Shown: one piece after another, positions 36,745 to 46,900 of the stretch | Numbering within the stretch: the stretch's first letter is position 1 | Layout of the letters: the number at the start of each line of letters is the position of its first letter | Origin: Veleropilina oligotropha | Lineage: Eukaryota | Direction of reading: 5' to 3' | Length of the DNA: 64,000 bases | NCBI GenBank assembly: GCA_048128005.1 | Contig: JBEUKZ010000137.1 | Span: 310,001 to 374,000 of the forward strand | The notes under the pieces: model-generated | What the model was told of the DNA's origin: nothing | Seen by the model: only the letters and a program-made list of their open reading frames with translations | Databases searched by the model: none | Program-made: the position numbers and the translations under genes

Positions 36745-39732
36745 TCACTGTCGGGATGACCCAGATCCCGTGATACATTGTTGTCCTGCCGCCACAAAGG
36801 AAATCCGATGTTCACCCTCAGCCGTGGTCGCATAATCATGCAGGTAAAAGCGAACAAAGGTATTCGCGTTCTTCCAGTAACAAGCCTTCAAGATTTCATT
36901 GATATTCAAATTATATTTGAAGGCTAACGAAGAGGCTACTGCACGTGTCTCGTGCGCGTGAATTGAAACGAGATCTCGTTCTGGCTCATGTGACCGGGAG
37001 TAAATCTCCTTAACAACAGAGACAATCCAACGTGAAACAGTCGATTTGCGAATGTCGCGGTGGAATTGAGGCATATGGCTAACGAATAAACGCTTTTTAC
37101 CGTGCCGTAGGTCTCGGGTCTTATCCAGGTAGAATCTCAACGCGCGGACCGGGCAGTTGAGGCGGTCGATATCATTTCTATCCAGCATGGAGAGGTTACG
37201 AATACAAACCTCGGGACTGATATCATCAGGTCGTTGTGTCTTCGCTAGGAAGCCAAGGACAGTACGCAGTGTCACCGACCCATCGGTGTGGAAGTGTATG
37301 TCTCGAAGCTCTCCGGATAACGCGTGTATCTCCGAGGCCCGGTTACCCGTGGCGAGGGCGGTTAGAAATACGGTCTTATAAGTGAGATTTTTTAGGGAAG
37401 ACTCACTCATAGGCTCGTACGGGCCTCTAAGTAAAGCATTGAGAACTAACAAAACATTCCAAGCGGGCGGTCGCACTCGCTGAATGGGCCGTTCGAGTTG
37501 ATAGGAGCGTATGAAGTCCGATATAGTTTTGTCGGTAGACAAGCGGGTGTGCTCGCGGCATTGCCGTAACGTTGTAGCTACGCATGAACGGTAGCCTTTG
37601 ACTGCGGAAATTGACATTCCCCGTTCTAGCAACGACGATAAGAACTCGATAAATTTGGTCACAGGGGGGCGGAATATATTGACTTGCCGCCCGCGACACC
37701 AATCCACAAACTTTTTCCATCGGTAGTCATATACCCTTGTCGTAGATTGTCTTCTAGATCGGTAAATGCGCTGGGCTGTCGCTCTAGAAAAGCCCTTCTT
37801 AATGAGCGATCTCTCGATAGTCGCCAGGCGTGAAAGTGAAACTCGTTCGCCGACGGGTGTAGAGCCCGACTGCGCGGTTGAGACAACAGGTCTGCCATCT
37901 GCGGTAGCGCTCGTGGCTGATCGATGAGTAGATCCAGAAGTGTCGGAAACCAGGACTGCGTTCGTTGTAGAGGTGCTATTAGCGTCAACTCGCAGTCTTC
38001 GCGGGTCGCTTTCCGTAGTACTTGTGCCAACATGCACGACGGTGGGAAGGCGTAGGCGATCAGATTCTCCCATCTCATTGACAGAGCGTCGACCGCAATA
38101 GCGGCCGGGTCCGGGTAAGGAGACACATAGAGAGGGAGTCGGTGATTGAATTCGGTTGCGAATAAATCGACTTGAGGTGTCGACCACAGGCGACAGACAT
38201 CTCGGGCTACACGGGCGTGTAGCGTCCACTCTGTGTGTATAATCTGTGTTTTCCGAGAGAGCGTATCCGCTCTGACATTCAGCTTCCCCGGGATGTGTCG
38301 GGCTCGAATTGACGAGTTGAGTGACATCACTAGGCGGTGCAGGTCTATCGCTCGGTCGCAAAGCGGACGGGAGCGAGTGCCGCCCTGGTGCTGGATGTAA
38401 GCGACGACAGTCGTGTTGTCCGTTGCTAGCATTATGTGCTTGTTTCGGAGATGTGACGAGAGGGACTGTACTGACAGGTAGACGGCTTCTAACTCTAGGA
38501 AGTTGATGTGTCGTCCCTGAAGGTCCGTAGGCCAGAGGCCCGATGTCTCGTGACTGTCGAAGTGACCTCCCCAGCCCTCGTTTGACGCGTCCGTGAAGAG
38601 GTAGGCGTTCGGTTCTGGGGGGGATATTGGAACCGACTGGCTCGGCAGGGAAGTGTTCAACCACACTGCTGTCGTGCGATTGAACCAATGCCGTAGATCG
38701 ATGCGATCCGTCCACTGTCCCGTACGTTGTATCCAGCGGTCCTTGAAGGCCTGCTGCAACGGTCGTTTGTCCATGCGACCTGTCGGTAACAGGGGAGCTA
38801 CCGACTCGATGTGCCCTAGGACAGTGGCCAGTCGTCGCGCTGTAGTTATCCGTGAAGACTTTGTTTCTAGTATAACTGCGCGTAGGTTCTCTATACGTTT
38901 CTGAGTCGGTTTCGCGGTGTACCGGACCGTGTCGAATTCGACCCCTAGAAATATAAACGTCGTCGAGGGCACGAAGCAGGATTTGTCGTTGTTGATCTGC
39001 AATCCCAGGCGCTTCGCCGATGACAGGGTAACGCTCATAGACTGGAGGCACTGATCCCGGGACGCCCCGAGAATCAACCAGTCGTCGAGGTACATGTGTA
39101 CTCTGTGCCCTCGCGAGTGTAGGAAGGCCCCGAGAGCCTGTACTACTCGCGTGAAGACGTACGGGGCTGACGATAGACCGAACGGTAGACACCTGAACTG
39201 GTAGATCGTTCCCCCGTGAACAAACCGTAGGTACCGGTGAGCCGAGATATGCATCGGAACGTGTAGGTACGCATCGGTTAAGTCGATAGACGCTGCCCAG
39301 TCGCCCGGACGGATGGCCGTTCGTATCTTCGAGAGTGTTTCTTGCTTGAACTTCTCGGTACGAAGATACTGGTTGAGGAACGACAGATCGAGGATCGGTC
39401 GCCAACGGCCGTCGGGTTTCGGGACCAGGAAAAAGTGGCTGTAATATCCTGGTGTGCTGGGCGGCGCGGGATAGATCGCTCTCTTTGAGAGTAAATCCCG
39501 CACTGCCTGGTCTAGGACCGCTTGTTTTTCTCCTATCAGGAGACGAGCGCGTCCTGGTGGTGGTGTCGCGTCTAGGGTTGGATGCCGGTCGAATGCCAAC
39601 TTGTATCCGGCACTCACGACTGAGTGAACCCAGTTGTCCTCTGTCATTTCCAGCCAGGACAGGCTGTACTCTAACAGACACGCTCCCACCGGCGGAAGCG
39701 TGCAACTGAGCTCGTCGCGAGCGCCGGCAACC
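36745..39732 (-). CDS. DIRS tyrosine recombinase ORF with a long N-terminal extension overlapping pol (copy A)
   Basis: C-terminal YR catalytic motifs GNRASEIHAL (R), FLAK (K), HETR (HxxR), CYWK (H/W), FVRFY (Y). The frame is open from the gag stop onward. Confidence 0.95.
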   Translation of the reverse strand, partial: GCRRSRRAQLHASAGGSVSVRVQPVLAGNDRGQLGSLSRECRIQVGIRPASNPRRDTTTRTRSSPDRRKTSGPRPGSAGFTLKESDLSRAAQHTRILQPLFPGPETRRPLATDPRSVVPQPVSSYREVQARNTLEDTNGHPSGRLGSVYRLNRCVPTRSDAYLGSPVPTVCSRGNDLPVQVSTVRSIVSPVRLHASSTGSRGLPTLARAQSTHVPRRLVDSRGVPGSVPPVYERYPVIGEAPGIADQQRQILLRALDDVYISRGRIRHGPVHRETDSETYREPTRSYTRNKVFTDNYSATTGHCPRAHRVGSSPVTDRSHGQTTVAAGLQGPLDTTYGTVDGSHRSTALVQSHDSSVVEHFPAEPVGSNIPPRTERLPLHGRVKRGLGRSLRQSRDIGPLAYGPSGTTHQLPRVRSRLPVSTVPLVTSPKQAHNASNGQHDCRRLHPAPGRHSLPSALRPSDRPAPPSDVTQLVNSSPTHPGEAECQSGYALSENTDYTHRVDATRPCSPRCLSPVVDTSSRFIRNRIQSPTPSLCVSLPGPGRYCGRRSVNEMGESDRLRLPTVVHVGTSTTESDPRRLRVDANSTSTTNAVLVSDTSGSTHRSATSATADGRPVVSTAQSGSTPVGERVSLSRLATIERSLIKKGFSRATAQRIYRSRRQSTTRVYDYRWKKFVDWCRGRQVNIFRPPVTKFIEFLSSLLERGMSISAVKGYRSCVATTLRQCREHTRLSTDKTISDFIRSYQLERPIQRVRPPAWNVLLVLNALLRGPYEPMSESSLKNLTYKTVFLTALATGNRASEIHALSGELRDIHFHTDGSVTLRTVLGFLAKTQRPDDISPEVCIRNLSMLDRNDIDRLNCPVRALRFYLDKTRDLRHGKKRLFVSHMPQFHRDIRKSTVSRWIVSVVKEIYSRSHEPERDLVSIHAHETRAVASSLAFKYNLNINEILKACYWKNANTFVRFYLHDYATTAEGEHRISFVAAGQQCITGSGSSRQ

Positions 39733-39734
39733 CT
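37659..39734 (-). CDS. pol: DIRS pol: reverse transcriptase, RNase H and Dam-like adenine methyltransferase (copy A)
   Basis: RT motifs WRPILDL, IDLTDAYLHVP, LPFGLSSAP, YLDDWL. RNase H motifs FTDASNEGWG, HINFLELEAV, DNTTVV, NVRADTLSR. MTase motifs VDLFAT and YAFPP. The start is uncertain (see findings). Confidence 0.96.
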   Translation of the reverse strand, partial: RVAGARDELSCTLPPVGACLLEYSLSWLEMTEDNWVHSVVSAGYKLAFDRHPTLDATPPPGRARLLIGEKQAVLDQAVRDLLSKRAIYPAPPSTPGYYSHFFLVPKPDGRWRPILDLSFLNQYLRTEKFKQETLSKIRTAIRPGDWAASIDLTDAYLHVPMHISAHRYLRFVHGGTIYQFRCLPFGLSSAPYVFTRVVQALGAFLHSRGHRVHMYLDDWLILGASRDQCLQSMSVTLSSAKRLGLQINNDKSCFVPSTTFIFLGVEFDTVRYTAKPTQKRIENLRAVILETKSSRITTARRLATVLGHIESVAPLLPTGRMDKRPLQQAFKDRWIQRTGQWTDRIDLRHWFNRTTAVWLNTSLPSQSVPISPPEPNAYLFTDASNEGWGGHFDSHETSGLWPTDLQGRHINFLELEAVYLSVQSLSSHLRNKHIMLATDNTTVVAYIQHQGGTRSRPLCDRAIDLHRLVMSLNSSIRARHIPGKLNVRADTLSRKTQIIHTEWTLHARVARDVCRLWSTPQVDLFATEFNHRLPLYVSPYPDPAAIAVDALSMRWENLIAYAFPPSCMLAQVLRKATREDCELTLIAPLQRTQSWFPTLLDLLIDQPRALPQMADLLSQPRSRALHPSANEFHFHAWRLSRDRSLRRAFLERQPSAFTDLEDNLRQGYMTTDGKSLWIGVAGGKSIYSAPL

Positions 39735-41952
39735 AGGGCCGCGGCTTCCCTCTCCCGCTCTGACGGGATTTCGTCGGAGGTGTTTTCTTCGCGACAGGTT
39801 TATTGGCCTGAGAAGGCCGACCCGGCGAAGGTTTAACACGCTTGGAAGGCGTATGAGACCGGGACGGTCTCGAGCGCTTCCTAGAGGTAGCAGTCGGCGT
39901 GCTCCGAGGAGTAGCCAAGACTGCCTTCTCGATTGCGCGATCCTTGAGGTCAGCCGCTCGCTTCTCGACAAATTCGGGGAATTTGTCTCCGAAGAGAGTA
40001 GAGGCCGACAACGGTACACAACGTAGAGACTGCCGGGTGGCGTCATCTAGCGTGGTGCCGTCTAGGCAAGCGTCTCTACGAAGTAGGACAGCATTGCCTA
40101 AGGATCGGGCTGACTCCGACGCGGAGTGCTCCGTGGAGGCGGCAACCTCTTCGAGAAAGGACAGTGCGATCTCACGAGCGCAGGGTCCGTTCTCTTGTAG
40201 TACGGTAATGGCTCCGTCTAGGAAAAAATCCTGGATAGAGGCATGCCGTAGAGCCCGACGAGCGGAGCTCTCAAAGCCCTCCATGGCGACCCATGGGACT
40301 TTGACCACTGAGGGAGCTGTGCTGGCCGACAGTCGACGCATCGCTGCATCGATCTGAACCGGCTCAGTCTCCAGACACGCCCCAGAGCATCCGATCGAAA
40401 TCGGACGCTTACCGGGTCGGAGGTACTTCCCTTTACGGAGACCACGAGGGTACTCTGTTAATGAGGAAGTCTCCACCGATTTCGGTCCCTGAATGGATTT
40501 GGTCGCCGAGTCGAGGACGAGCGAGACCAACCCAGACTGGGGTAGGGTAGGAAGCAGGGGGGCTTCCGGCCCATCAAATCGACGTGCCGCTGTCCTGTGC
40601 CTGACGAAGCCTACCGGCAGAGCCGGGTCGGGCAAGTCTAGCACCCCGCGAAGCGACGCGACAGCGTCGTATCTTCTGCGGGTGGCGGAGATGGTCTCAT
40701 GCGTGCCCGACTGACTACAAGAGTCGTCCGGTCCGACCGATTCAGGGAGGTCAGAGTGAGTGGAAGCACTGTCCTCGTCGGAACGAGGATCGACTTCCAT
40801 CACCGAAGCATGAGCCGAGCCCGGCGTTACGGTCAGAGACGTTGGGACCTGGGGCGGCTGGGTAGCCGGTTGCCAGGACCTACAACGTGCCTCGACTTCC
40901 ATCGCAATCATTGCCTGGACGCTCTCAAGAGAGAAACCCGGAGGCATGACGGACGTCGGACCAACAGCCATTGGTCCGCTCGAGGTTACCGTAGCGCATG
41001 GGGGACGGGCTGCACGGACAGGTGGAGCCGAGTACCAGGGACTCGGGTTACCTGTCGGGAAACCGCTACCAGGGAAACGGCCCGGAGGCGCGTTAAACGG
41101 AGCGAGCGACCCGTAAGACTGCGACCACAGTCCATACGGGTCTGTAACCCTGCTCGGGTGAGGCACGGGGGTATACCCGCCGTACGCCTCAGCCCCGAAC
41201 GCAGCCGATCCTACCACACCACCCGGGACGTCTTGAAAAGAACCGTCAGAGGAGGTTGGCCTTCCATCACTCTCGTGGGCTCCGACAGTGGCGATATTAG
41301 CCTTTAAGCTAGCGCCATTGTCGGACGAGAGGACGGGTTGCGTCGAGCGTCTGGGACTTCGACCACGGTCGTGGTGCCCAGCAACTGTATCGACTTTTTC
41401 TGCTAGTCTCCTTCGCCTCTTTTCAGAGGTTACTTGACTCACAGAAGGACTAACGCTGCCTTGCTCCTCCGAGGCCGGAGGAGAGGTAAGGTTTTGTCTG
41501 CCCTGTACAGCTTTTCGCCGCGGCGCTCGATGTATCTCACTGGCCGGCAAGATACTTTGAGCAGCGGTTACTAGGCCCAAAGGAGAGGTATCGGTCGGAA
41601 CTCGGTCCCTTACCTGAATCTGAGATCCCGACGATTCCGGGACTTTCCCCAAAGTCTCGGAGGTGTCGTCGGGCCCACCACGGCTACCATCAAGAGGGTC
41701 TGAAAGAGAAAGTGAAGGGTTAAAACCTGTCTCTAGCCTCTGGAGCTTCTCGGTGGATGCCCCCTCGGAAGAAGATACCCTGGTTGTCTTCTCCGAAGGG
41801 AAAAGAGTCTCCCACTGCCGACTCGTCAGTGTTACGCAATGCCCACATGGATGGTCCTTATCGCTAGAACATACACGGTGAAAAGTGCATTCGGAGTGCT
41901 TGTCAAAACCACGGATTTTCTGTCGGCACTCGGAAACACTGCAATGCTTCAT
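39733..41952 (-). CDS. gag: DIRS gag-like ORF1 (copy A)
   Basis: About 740 aa (first ATG at 41952). N-terminal Cys/His cluster (CSVSEC..DKHSECTFHRVC..CGHC) and C-terminal LGNAVLLRRDACL segment typical of DIRS1 ORF1. Confidence 0.85.
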   Translation of the reverse strand: MKHCSVSECRQKIRGFDKHSECTFHRVCSSDKDHPCGHCVTLTSRQWETLFPSEKTTRVSSSEGASTEKLQRLETGFNPSLSLSDPLDGSRGGPDDTSETLGKVPESSGSQIQVRDRVPTDTSPLGLVTAAQSILPASEIHRAPRRKAVQGRQNLTSPPASEEQGSVSPSVSQVTSEKRRRRLAEKVDTVAGHHDRGRSPRRSTQPVLSSDNGASLKANIATVGAHESDGRPTSSDGSFQDVPGGVVGSAAFGAEAYGGYTPVPHPSRVTDPYGLWSQSYGSLAPFNAPPGRFPGSGFPTGNPSPWYSAPPVRAARPPCATVTSSGPMAVGPTSVMPPGFSLESVQAMIAMEVEARCRSWQPATQPPQVPTSLTVTPGSAHASVMEVDPRSDEDSASTHSDLPESVGPDDSCSQSGTHETISATRRRYDAVASLRGVLDLPDPALPVGFVRHRTAARRFDGPEAPLLPTLPQSGLVSLVLDSATKSIQGPKSVETSSLTEYPRGLRKGKYLRPGKRPISIGCSGACLETEPVQIDAAMRRLSASTAPSVVKVPWVAMEGFESSARRALRHASIQDFFLDGAITVLQENGPCAREIALSFLEEVAASTEHSASESARSLGNAVLLRRDACLDGTTLDDATRQSLRCVPLSASTLFGDKFPEFVEKRAADLKDRAIEKAVLATPRSTPTATSRKRSRPSRSHTPSKRVKPSPGRPSQANKPVAKKTPPTKSRQSGRGKPRP

Positions 41953-42970
41953 AGCTACACACACGGGTAGGTAGGAGATAGGGTTTTTAAAGTGATAAGG
42001 ATATTTCCCGGGTAGTTTACCAAATTACTACTACAACCTCGATTGTACCTGATCCGAGAGTAGGAAAAGGCTGAAATACGCTTAGAACTTACGGCGGATT
42101 ATACGCCCCAAAACACCGACTTTATATTTTTACTTTTTTAAAAACCAGTCGGTCAACGAATTGAGAAACGGGAGGTCTTTCTTTTTAAGAAACCGCCCTT
42201 TTACACCTAAAAACCTCTTGGATGTATATATATCAATTTGTTAGAATTCGGCGTGCTATCCCCGATTTAGCAGATTTACCAAAATAACGCTAGTTAAATT
42301 CTAAATAATCTGCTTTTCTACGACGATAAATTTTATTACATAAATTTATAGCAAGAAAAAAGTCGTTGAGGAATTATCGTATATATAAATGAAATGCAAT
42401 GCAAATTCAAGCAATATCAATAATCAACTCTCTTATCCTGACTCTGTAGTTATTGCTAGGGAGCTTCCTTCTTTAAATATCCCTCTGAGCGGCCTCTTTT
42501 CTGTCTTTTCAGAATTCCAAGATGGCGTCGTCAATGGAGGGTGTCGATTTCGTTTTTTGTCCTCTTGAAGACAGGAAAACTTCTAAGAAGGCGTCTTATT
42601 CAGGAAGAGACTCTCGACTTTCCACTAAACGTGTTCACAACACTATACTAGACCTTATGAGCTGATAGATTATTAAAATCGAGCTCAAAAAAGATCGAAA
42701 AATCACAAAGATTGTGGAGCAAAGCAAAACGCGACTTGTTCAATCGAGCGGAAAACTTCGGATGAGGTCTTGACCCTTGGTCAAGAAGATCTCGCGGGAG
42801 TTGGCGAGCTCTTACTGGACATGAACTGGAGGAGGTCGAGCAGGTCAGGGGGTCAGCTGGGTTCAATTTACTAAAAGAAGTGCAAATTACCATTTCCACC
42901 TTGTCCGGATTTAGCGATAATAGGCTTATTATGGCATTAGTAAGGACGTAAGTATATTTGATATAGATAT

Positions 42971-43927
42971 ATATTTAACTTTCACACAAATAAAGACATA
43001 TTTGCATAGAGAAATATTGTAAATATTAATAAAACAGTAAAACGAGTTGCTATTCATGCGTTTCCTAGCAAGTGTAACAAGTATCATAATATATATCTCG
43101 ACAATAAAAAGTATATTTAGTATTAGTGGTTATTTCTACATGATTCTATTTATCTGGCCCCATTTTTCTGAATATGCTTCAAGAGAATCATTTTTTATAG
43201 ATATTATTTTTTCAACGTTTGAAAAATATTGAATATATGCCTTTAATCCTCCAAATAATGGCAATTGTTTGTTTAGTTTGTTCTTGTATATAAACAAATT
43301 TGTTATTAGTATTATATGGTTAATTAAATTTGTTGATGCAGGAGAGCCCATGATTATGGCTACAGGATCAAATAATGGTATGTTTCGTATATCACGTCCG
43401 TTTAGCCACATGAAAAGTTCTTGCCACAGCTGCTGTATAATATGACAATTTGTAAATAGGTGCAAAATATTTTCAACTGCTGAGTTACAAAAAGTACATT
43501 GGTCAGTTTCAGATAATTGTATTTTATGTAAAAATTCGTTCAACGGTAGAATCATATGTAATATTTGATATTGGAAGTATTGCGCTTTTGCCTCTATGGT
43601 TATCGTATGTGGCAAAGCAAATGCACATTTCCATGTGTTCTCGTTTAGTTCGTCGGTGTTTAATTTATCTTTCCATTTAATTACTGATCGAAAACACATA
43701 ACATCAGTGTAACTTTGTTTCATTATAGTATATATGTTTGAACACCCGTTTTTATCCTTTAGTAATTCATATATATTTGAAGGTAGTTGTGGGTTGTCTG
43801 TTTTAATTAAATTTCCGTTTATTATTTCTTTCCAATTGCCGGGAATTTCATTTATAATCTTATAATAGTCTAAGTATGTGCCATTGATGTTGTAATTTTG
43901 TTTTAACTCACGGAATGAGATAAATAT
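42971..43927 (-). mobile_element. L1/Tx1-type non-LTR retrotransposon ORF2 3' part and 3'UTR (main fragment)
   Basis: FQYQILHMILPLNEFLHKI..CTFC..ENILHLFTNC..LW is the C-terminal zinc-knuckle region of L1/Tx1 ORF2. ORF 43136..43723 extends upstream without a stop to 43927. Confidence 0.9.
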
Positions 43928-46900
43928 GAGGTTTTAATGTAAACCTAATATTAGTATAAAACATACTTACGTCCTTACTCTTGCCATAATAGTAATATTA
44001 TTGCCAACCGGAAACAGTGAATAAGTCACGTTATGCACTATTAATAAGTCAAAGACGCAAAAACGTACCACGGTTACCTCCCCTGCTCCACCTCCACCAC
44101 GTTCCCCCGCGAGACCTCGCCAAGTCTCGCGAGACTTCTGAACCATAGAAGTCACATGACATCAATTCAAAGTTCAAAAACCACAAAGGAACGTAGTAGA
44201 GGGGAGGAATGCGAAACGCAGGGTGGGTAATCGTGGTAAGGACGTAAGTATGTTTTATACTAATATTAGGTTTACATTAAAACCTCATATATAGTTACAA
44301 ACATACTTACGTCCTTACTCTTGCCAGAATAACCTTGGATAGGTGGGTAAGACGTTCCTTACAACAAACCCAAACAAGATAATGACTTACTTGTCACCAA
44401 TTCAATCAGCATGAAGCGTCGATTGTGTCCGCCTAGAGTGGAATTTTTACTGAGTATTATATTCTACTCTTACCAAGCGAGAATTTCGACCAGTGTTACC
44501 GGGAGAATACGCCGTGGTGTGAGTCGGACGAGGTGAACGGAAGTGCAATCAGCCCCAGGCACGGCCGGAAGGATAAATCCCTGTAGGTCTTACGTGTCAT
44601 GGACCAGTGGCAGCCAAATGGTACTCCTGGCCGAAGGCCGGTAGCCAGAGGATGCAGTCGGATTTGTAAGCACACGGAACCTAACAGGTTGTGAAAGCTT
44701 TAAATCAAAAGCAAAGAATTAATAGATTATTATAAATAATCGATATTAATAAGTAATTCGCATGACCAACTTGCGAACGCTAACATGGACGACATGTCAC
44801 TTAAAATAAATTTTAAGGAAGCAAAAATGTTCGACATGTTACTTAAAAATAAATGTTAAGGAATCAACATTTTTAATGTATTGAACATCGTATGTTCGAT
44901 TACAGCAAAGAACAAAATAATATTGAACCTCAATCTTTTTTAAGATTTGTGCAAGATTATAAAAGTTGTTTTATTAAATTCAATGTAATCTGGCTGTCAA
45001 CTGCTCAGGTCTGACATGAAAAGTACAAAATCTTAAATTAGATTTAAGAAATGAACAGACATTGAACTGCCTCATAGGTGTTAATTTTCGTAGCACCGTT
45101 TGGCCAACAAAAATAAAATGGCGTCAGTAAATATGCAAATGATCAATCAGAGAACAATACTTACTGATTAGAAGACCTCGGTCTAACAATAACCCTTTGT
45201 GCAGCAACACACTGTAAGCTGCTCAGGCCATCAGCACTTGTTGAGTAGTCCCGCAGATAATGTTTGACAAACACATTAGCGTGTTTCCAATATCCAGCCT
45301 GAAGTAACGCATTGATATTTAAATTATGTCGGAATGCTACAGACGCGGCAATTTGCCCGGACTTCATGTGCGCGGACCGATAAATAGTTCGGTCGTCGTT
45401 GTCACAGCGGATGTATACATCACTGTCTGTGAAATCCACCGCGAAACAGTAGTCCTCGTAATGTCGCGGGTGTAGGTGGACAAATACGATATGAATAAAC
45501 GTAATTTTCCCTGCCGCAAATCACGGGTCTGTCTAGGTAGAACCGAAGCGCCCGGACCGGGCAATTGAAGCGGTCTGTGTCGCGCCTTCCGACTAGCGTT
45601 AGCTTGGGGGTAACAACATCGGGTGCGTCCTCGTTCGGCCGTGGTTCTTGGCTAGGAAGCCCAGAATAGGACGCCGTATCACCGACCCGTCTGACTGGAA
45701 TCGTATATCTCATAGCTCGGAGGAGAAAGCATGAATCTCGGAACAACGCCTGCCCGACGCTAAGGCGATCAGAAAAACCGTTTTGTGCGTCAAGTTCCTC
45801 ATGGTTATCTCGGACATCGACTCATACGGGGGTAAGAGGAATGCGTTAAGAATAAGTACGATATTCCAAGCAGGTGGCTTAATTTTTCGGGTCGGTATCT
45901 CGAGTTCGTAAGATCGTATAAAATCTGATCTCGTTCGGTCGCTTGATAGGCCGGCATGGGCACGACACTGTTTTAACGTGGTCGCGATCGTTGCCCGATA
46001 GCCTTTGACGGCGGACACTGACATACCGCGGTCGAAGAGCGACGATAAAAACTCGATAAACTTGTTCACAGGGGGACGGAATATATTGACCTGCCTGCTG
46101 TGACACCAATCCACGTACTTAACCCATCGGTAGTCATAGACTTTTGTCGTGGAAATCCTTCTCGATCGATAGATACGTAAGGCTGTAGCTTTAGAAAATC
46201 CTTTCTTAGCAAGGGATCGTTCGATAACCGCCAGGCGTGTAAACGTAAGTGGTTCGGCGACTCGTGGAGTACACGGGTGCGTGGTTGCATTAACAGGTCT
46301 AGTTTCTGCGGTAACGCTAACGGTCGATCGACGATCAGATCGAGGAGGGTCGGAAACCAAGGTTGCGTGCGATACAGGGGCGCTATTAGCGTTATCTCGC
46401 AACGTTCGGTCGCTGCCTTCTGTAATACCAGTGATAGAATGCACGTCGGGGGGAAGGCATACGCGGACAGATTCTCCCATGTCATTGACAGTGTGTCGAC
46501 CGCTAGGGCGGCCGGGTCTGGGTACGGGGAGACATACAGAGGTAGTCGGTAATTGAATTATGTTGCAAACAAATCGACTTGGGGTTGCGACCACCGGCGG
46601 CAAACATCCCGAGCTACTCGGCTGTGTAGCGTCCACTCTGTGTGTATAATCTGTGATCTCCGAGAGAGCGAATCCGCTCTGACATTCAGCTTTCCCGGGA
46701 TGTGTCGGGCTCGAATCGTCGAGTTGAGGGACATCACTAAGCGGTGTAGGTCTATTGCTCGGTCGCATAGGGGACGCGAGCGAGTACCGCCCTGGTGCTG
46801 TATGTAAGCGACGACAGTCGTGTTGTCCGTGGCGAGCATTATGTGCTTGTTGCGGAGATGTAACGAGAGGGACCGTACTGACAGGTAGACGGCTTCTAAC

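Larger units (their letters stand above)
35566..42970 (-). mobile_element. DIRS1-type tyrosine-recombinase retrotransposon, copy A (intact)
   Basis: 206-bp inverted terminal repeats (35602-35807 and 42753-42958), ICR near the 3' end, gag + RT/RNaseH/MTase + YR ORFs, and ATAT at both junctions (35566-35569, 42967-42970). Confidence 0.97.

Noticed and set aside
39735..40046. N-terminal ~100 aa of the 795-aa pol ORF in the track
   Set aside because: It starts at a non-AUG codon inside gag, and RT homology begins only after the gag stop.
37157..41881. Plus-strand ORFs antisense to the DIRS genes
   Set aside because: Expected shadows of GC-rich coding sequence, with no recognisable domains.
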